Assembly (NCBI GenBank): GCA_036260395.1
Contig: DASZZY010000126.1
Coordinates: 16,235-40,234, forward strand
Direction: 5' to 3'
Source of the DNA: Actinomycetota bacterium
GTDB taxonomy: Bacteria > Actinomycetota > UBA4738 > CALAEC01
Length of the DNA: 24,000 nt
Positions 23,549 through 24,000 of the stretch are shown here, in pieces (the stretch's first letter is position 1; each line of letters opens with the position of its first letter). The position numbers and the translations under genes were made by a program. The notes under the pieces are model-generated. The model was not told where the DNA came from. It was given only the letters and a program-made list of their open reading frames with translations, and ran no database searches.

Positions 23549-24000
23549 GTGAAGCCGATCCGCGTCGTCGTCCTGGGCGGGGGGCCGGCCGGCCTCTACG
23601 CGTCGCTCCTGCTCAAGAGGGTCAGCCCGAAGGCCGACGTCACGGTCCTGGAGCGGAACCCCGCGGGCGCGACGTACGGCTGGGGGGTGGTGTTCTCCGA
23701 CCGCACCCTCACGGAGTTCCGGGAGGCGGACCAGCCGACCTACGAAGCCATCACGGACCGGTTCGTGCTGTGGGACGCCATCGACATCCACTACCGCGAC
23801 GAGCTGATCCGCTCCGGGGGGCACGTGTTCGCCGGGATCGCCCGCGTCGCGCTGCTCGGCATCCTGGCGCGCCGGGCGGAGGAGCTCGGCGTCGAGCTTC
23901 GGTTCGAGACGGAGGTCGAGGACGTCGCCGGGCTCGACGCCGACCTCGTCGTCGGGGCCGACGGCGTCAACAGCCTGGTGCGGGGCGCCCATGAGGACGT
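23549..24000 (+). CDS. FAD-dependent aromatic-ring monooxygenase, 5' partial (anthraniloyl-/salicylyl-CoA monooxygenase-like N-terminus)
   Basis: It starts at a GTG 10 nt after the LLM stop: VKPIRVVVLGGGPAGLYASLLLK (a GxGxxG FAD fold), then YGWGVVFSDRTL and GADGVNSLVR. It runs off the window end, so it is missing from the ORF track. Confidence 0.7.
   Translation, partial: MKPIRVVVLGGGPAGLYASLLLKRVSPKADVTVLERNPAGATYGWGVVFSDRTLTEFREADQPTYEAITDRFVLWDAIDIHYRDELIRSGGHVFAGIARVALLGILARRAEELGVELRFETEVEDVAGLDADLVVGADGVNSLVRGAHED

Noticed and set aside
1-24000. A search for mobile elements, defence systems, toxin-antitoxin pairs, CRISPR arrays, and tRNA or rRNA genes.
   Set aside because: I saw no transposase, integrase or recombinase motifs, no terminal inverted repeats, no nuclease/ATPase defence-like architectures, and no tRNA-sized structured gaps. 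Outside 6190-6472, intergenic gaps are at most 120 nt.

Overview
The window is a very GC-rich segment (codon third positions are almost all G/C). It looks like an ordinary chromosomal region of an Actinomycetota-type genome, not a mobile or accessory island. I see no tRNA or rRNA genes, CRISPR arrays, transposases, integrases or recognisable defence genes. About 29 genes can be supported, most on the minus strand and tightly packed, often with ATGA, GTGA or TGATG stop/start overlaps.

Gene content, left to right:
- 25-6189 (-): a five-gene Dpp/Opp/Nik-type ABC importer (lipoprotein family-5 binding protein, two permeases, two ATPases), followed by a truncated-looking NMT1-like binding-protein gene.
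- 6190-7365 (+): a divergent intergenic region, then an unannotated 48-codon Cys-rich micro-ORF and an M50 (site-2-protease type) metalloprotease.
- 7362-17792 (-): a roughly 10 kb co-directional array: serA, ilvE, an FAH-family hydrolase, gltX, a small acidic protein, a 2xACT protein, def, SIS paralog, hypC, SIS paralog, hypD, hypE.
- 17877-20194: a GYD protein, a class-V aminotransferase, and an XRE regulator with a small helical protein.
- 20246-24000: a tryptophan-to-anthranilate block (thioesterase, kynA, kynU) facing an LLM oxidoreductase and a partial FAD monooxygenase.

The most unusual content is the [NiFe]-cofactor maturation core hypC-hypD-hypE embedded in a housekeeping operon:
- It is interleaved with two diverged GmhA-like SIS proteins.
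- No hydrogenase structural genes and no hypA/B/F occur within 24 kb.
- HypE carries a repeat-rich N-terminal extension of about 146 aa.
- A neighbouring micro-ORF has a CDCGCDCC motif that resembles the HypB N-terminal nickel site.
- A small protein ends in an exact QLSLF sliding-clamp motif.

All family calls come from motif and pattern recognition by eye. No database search was run.
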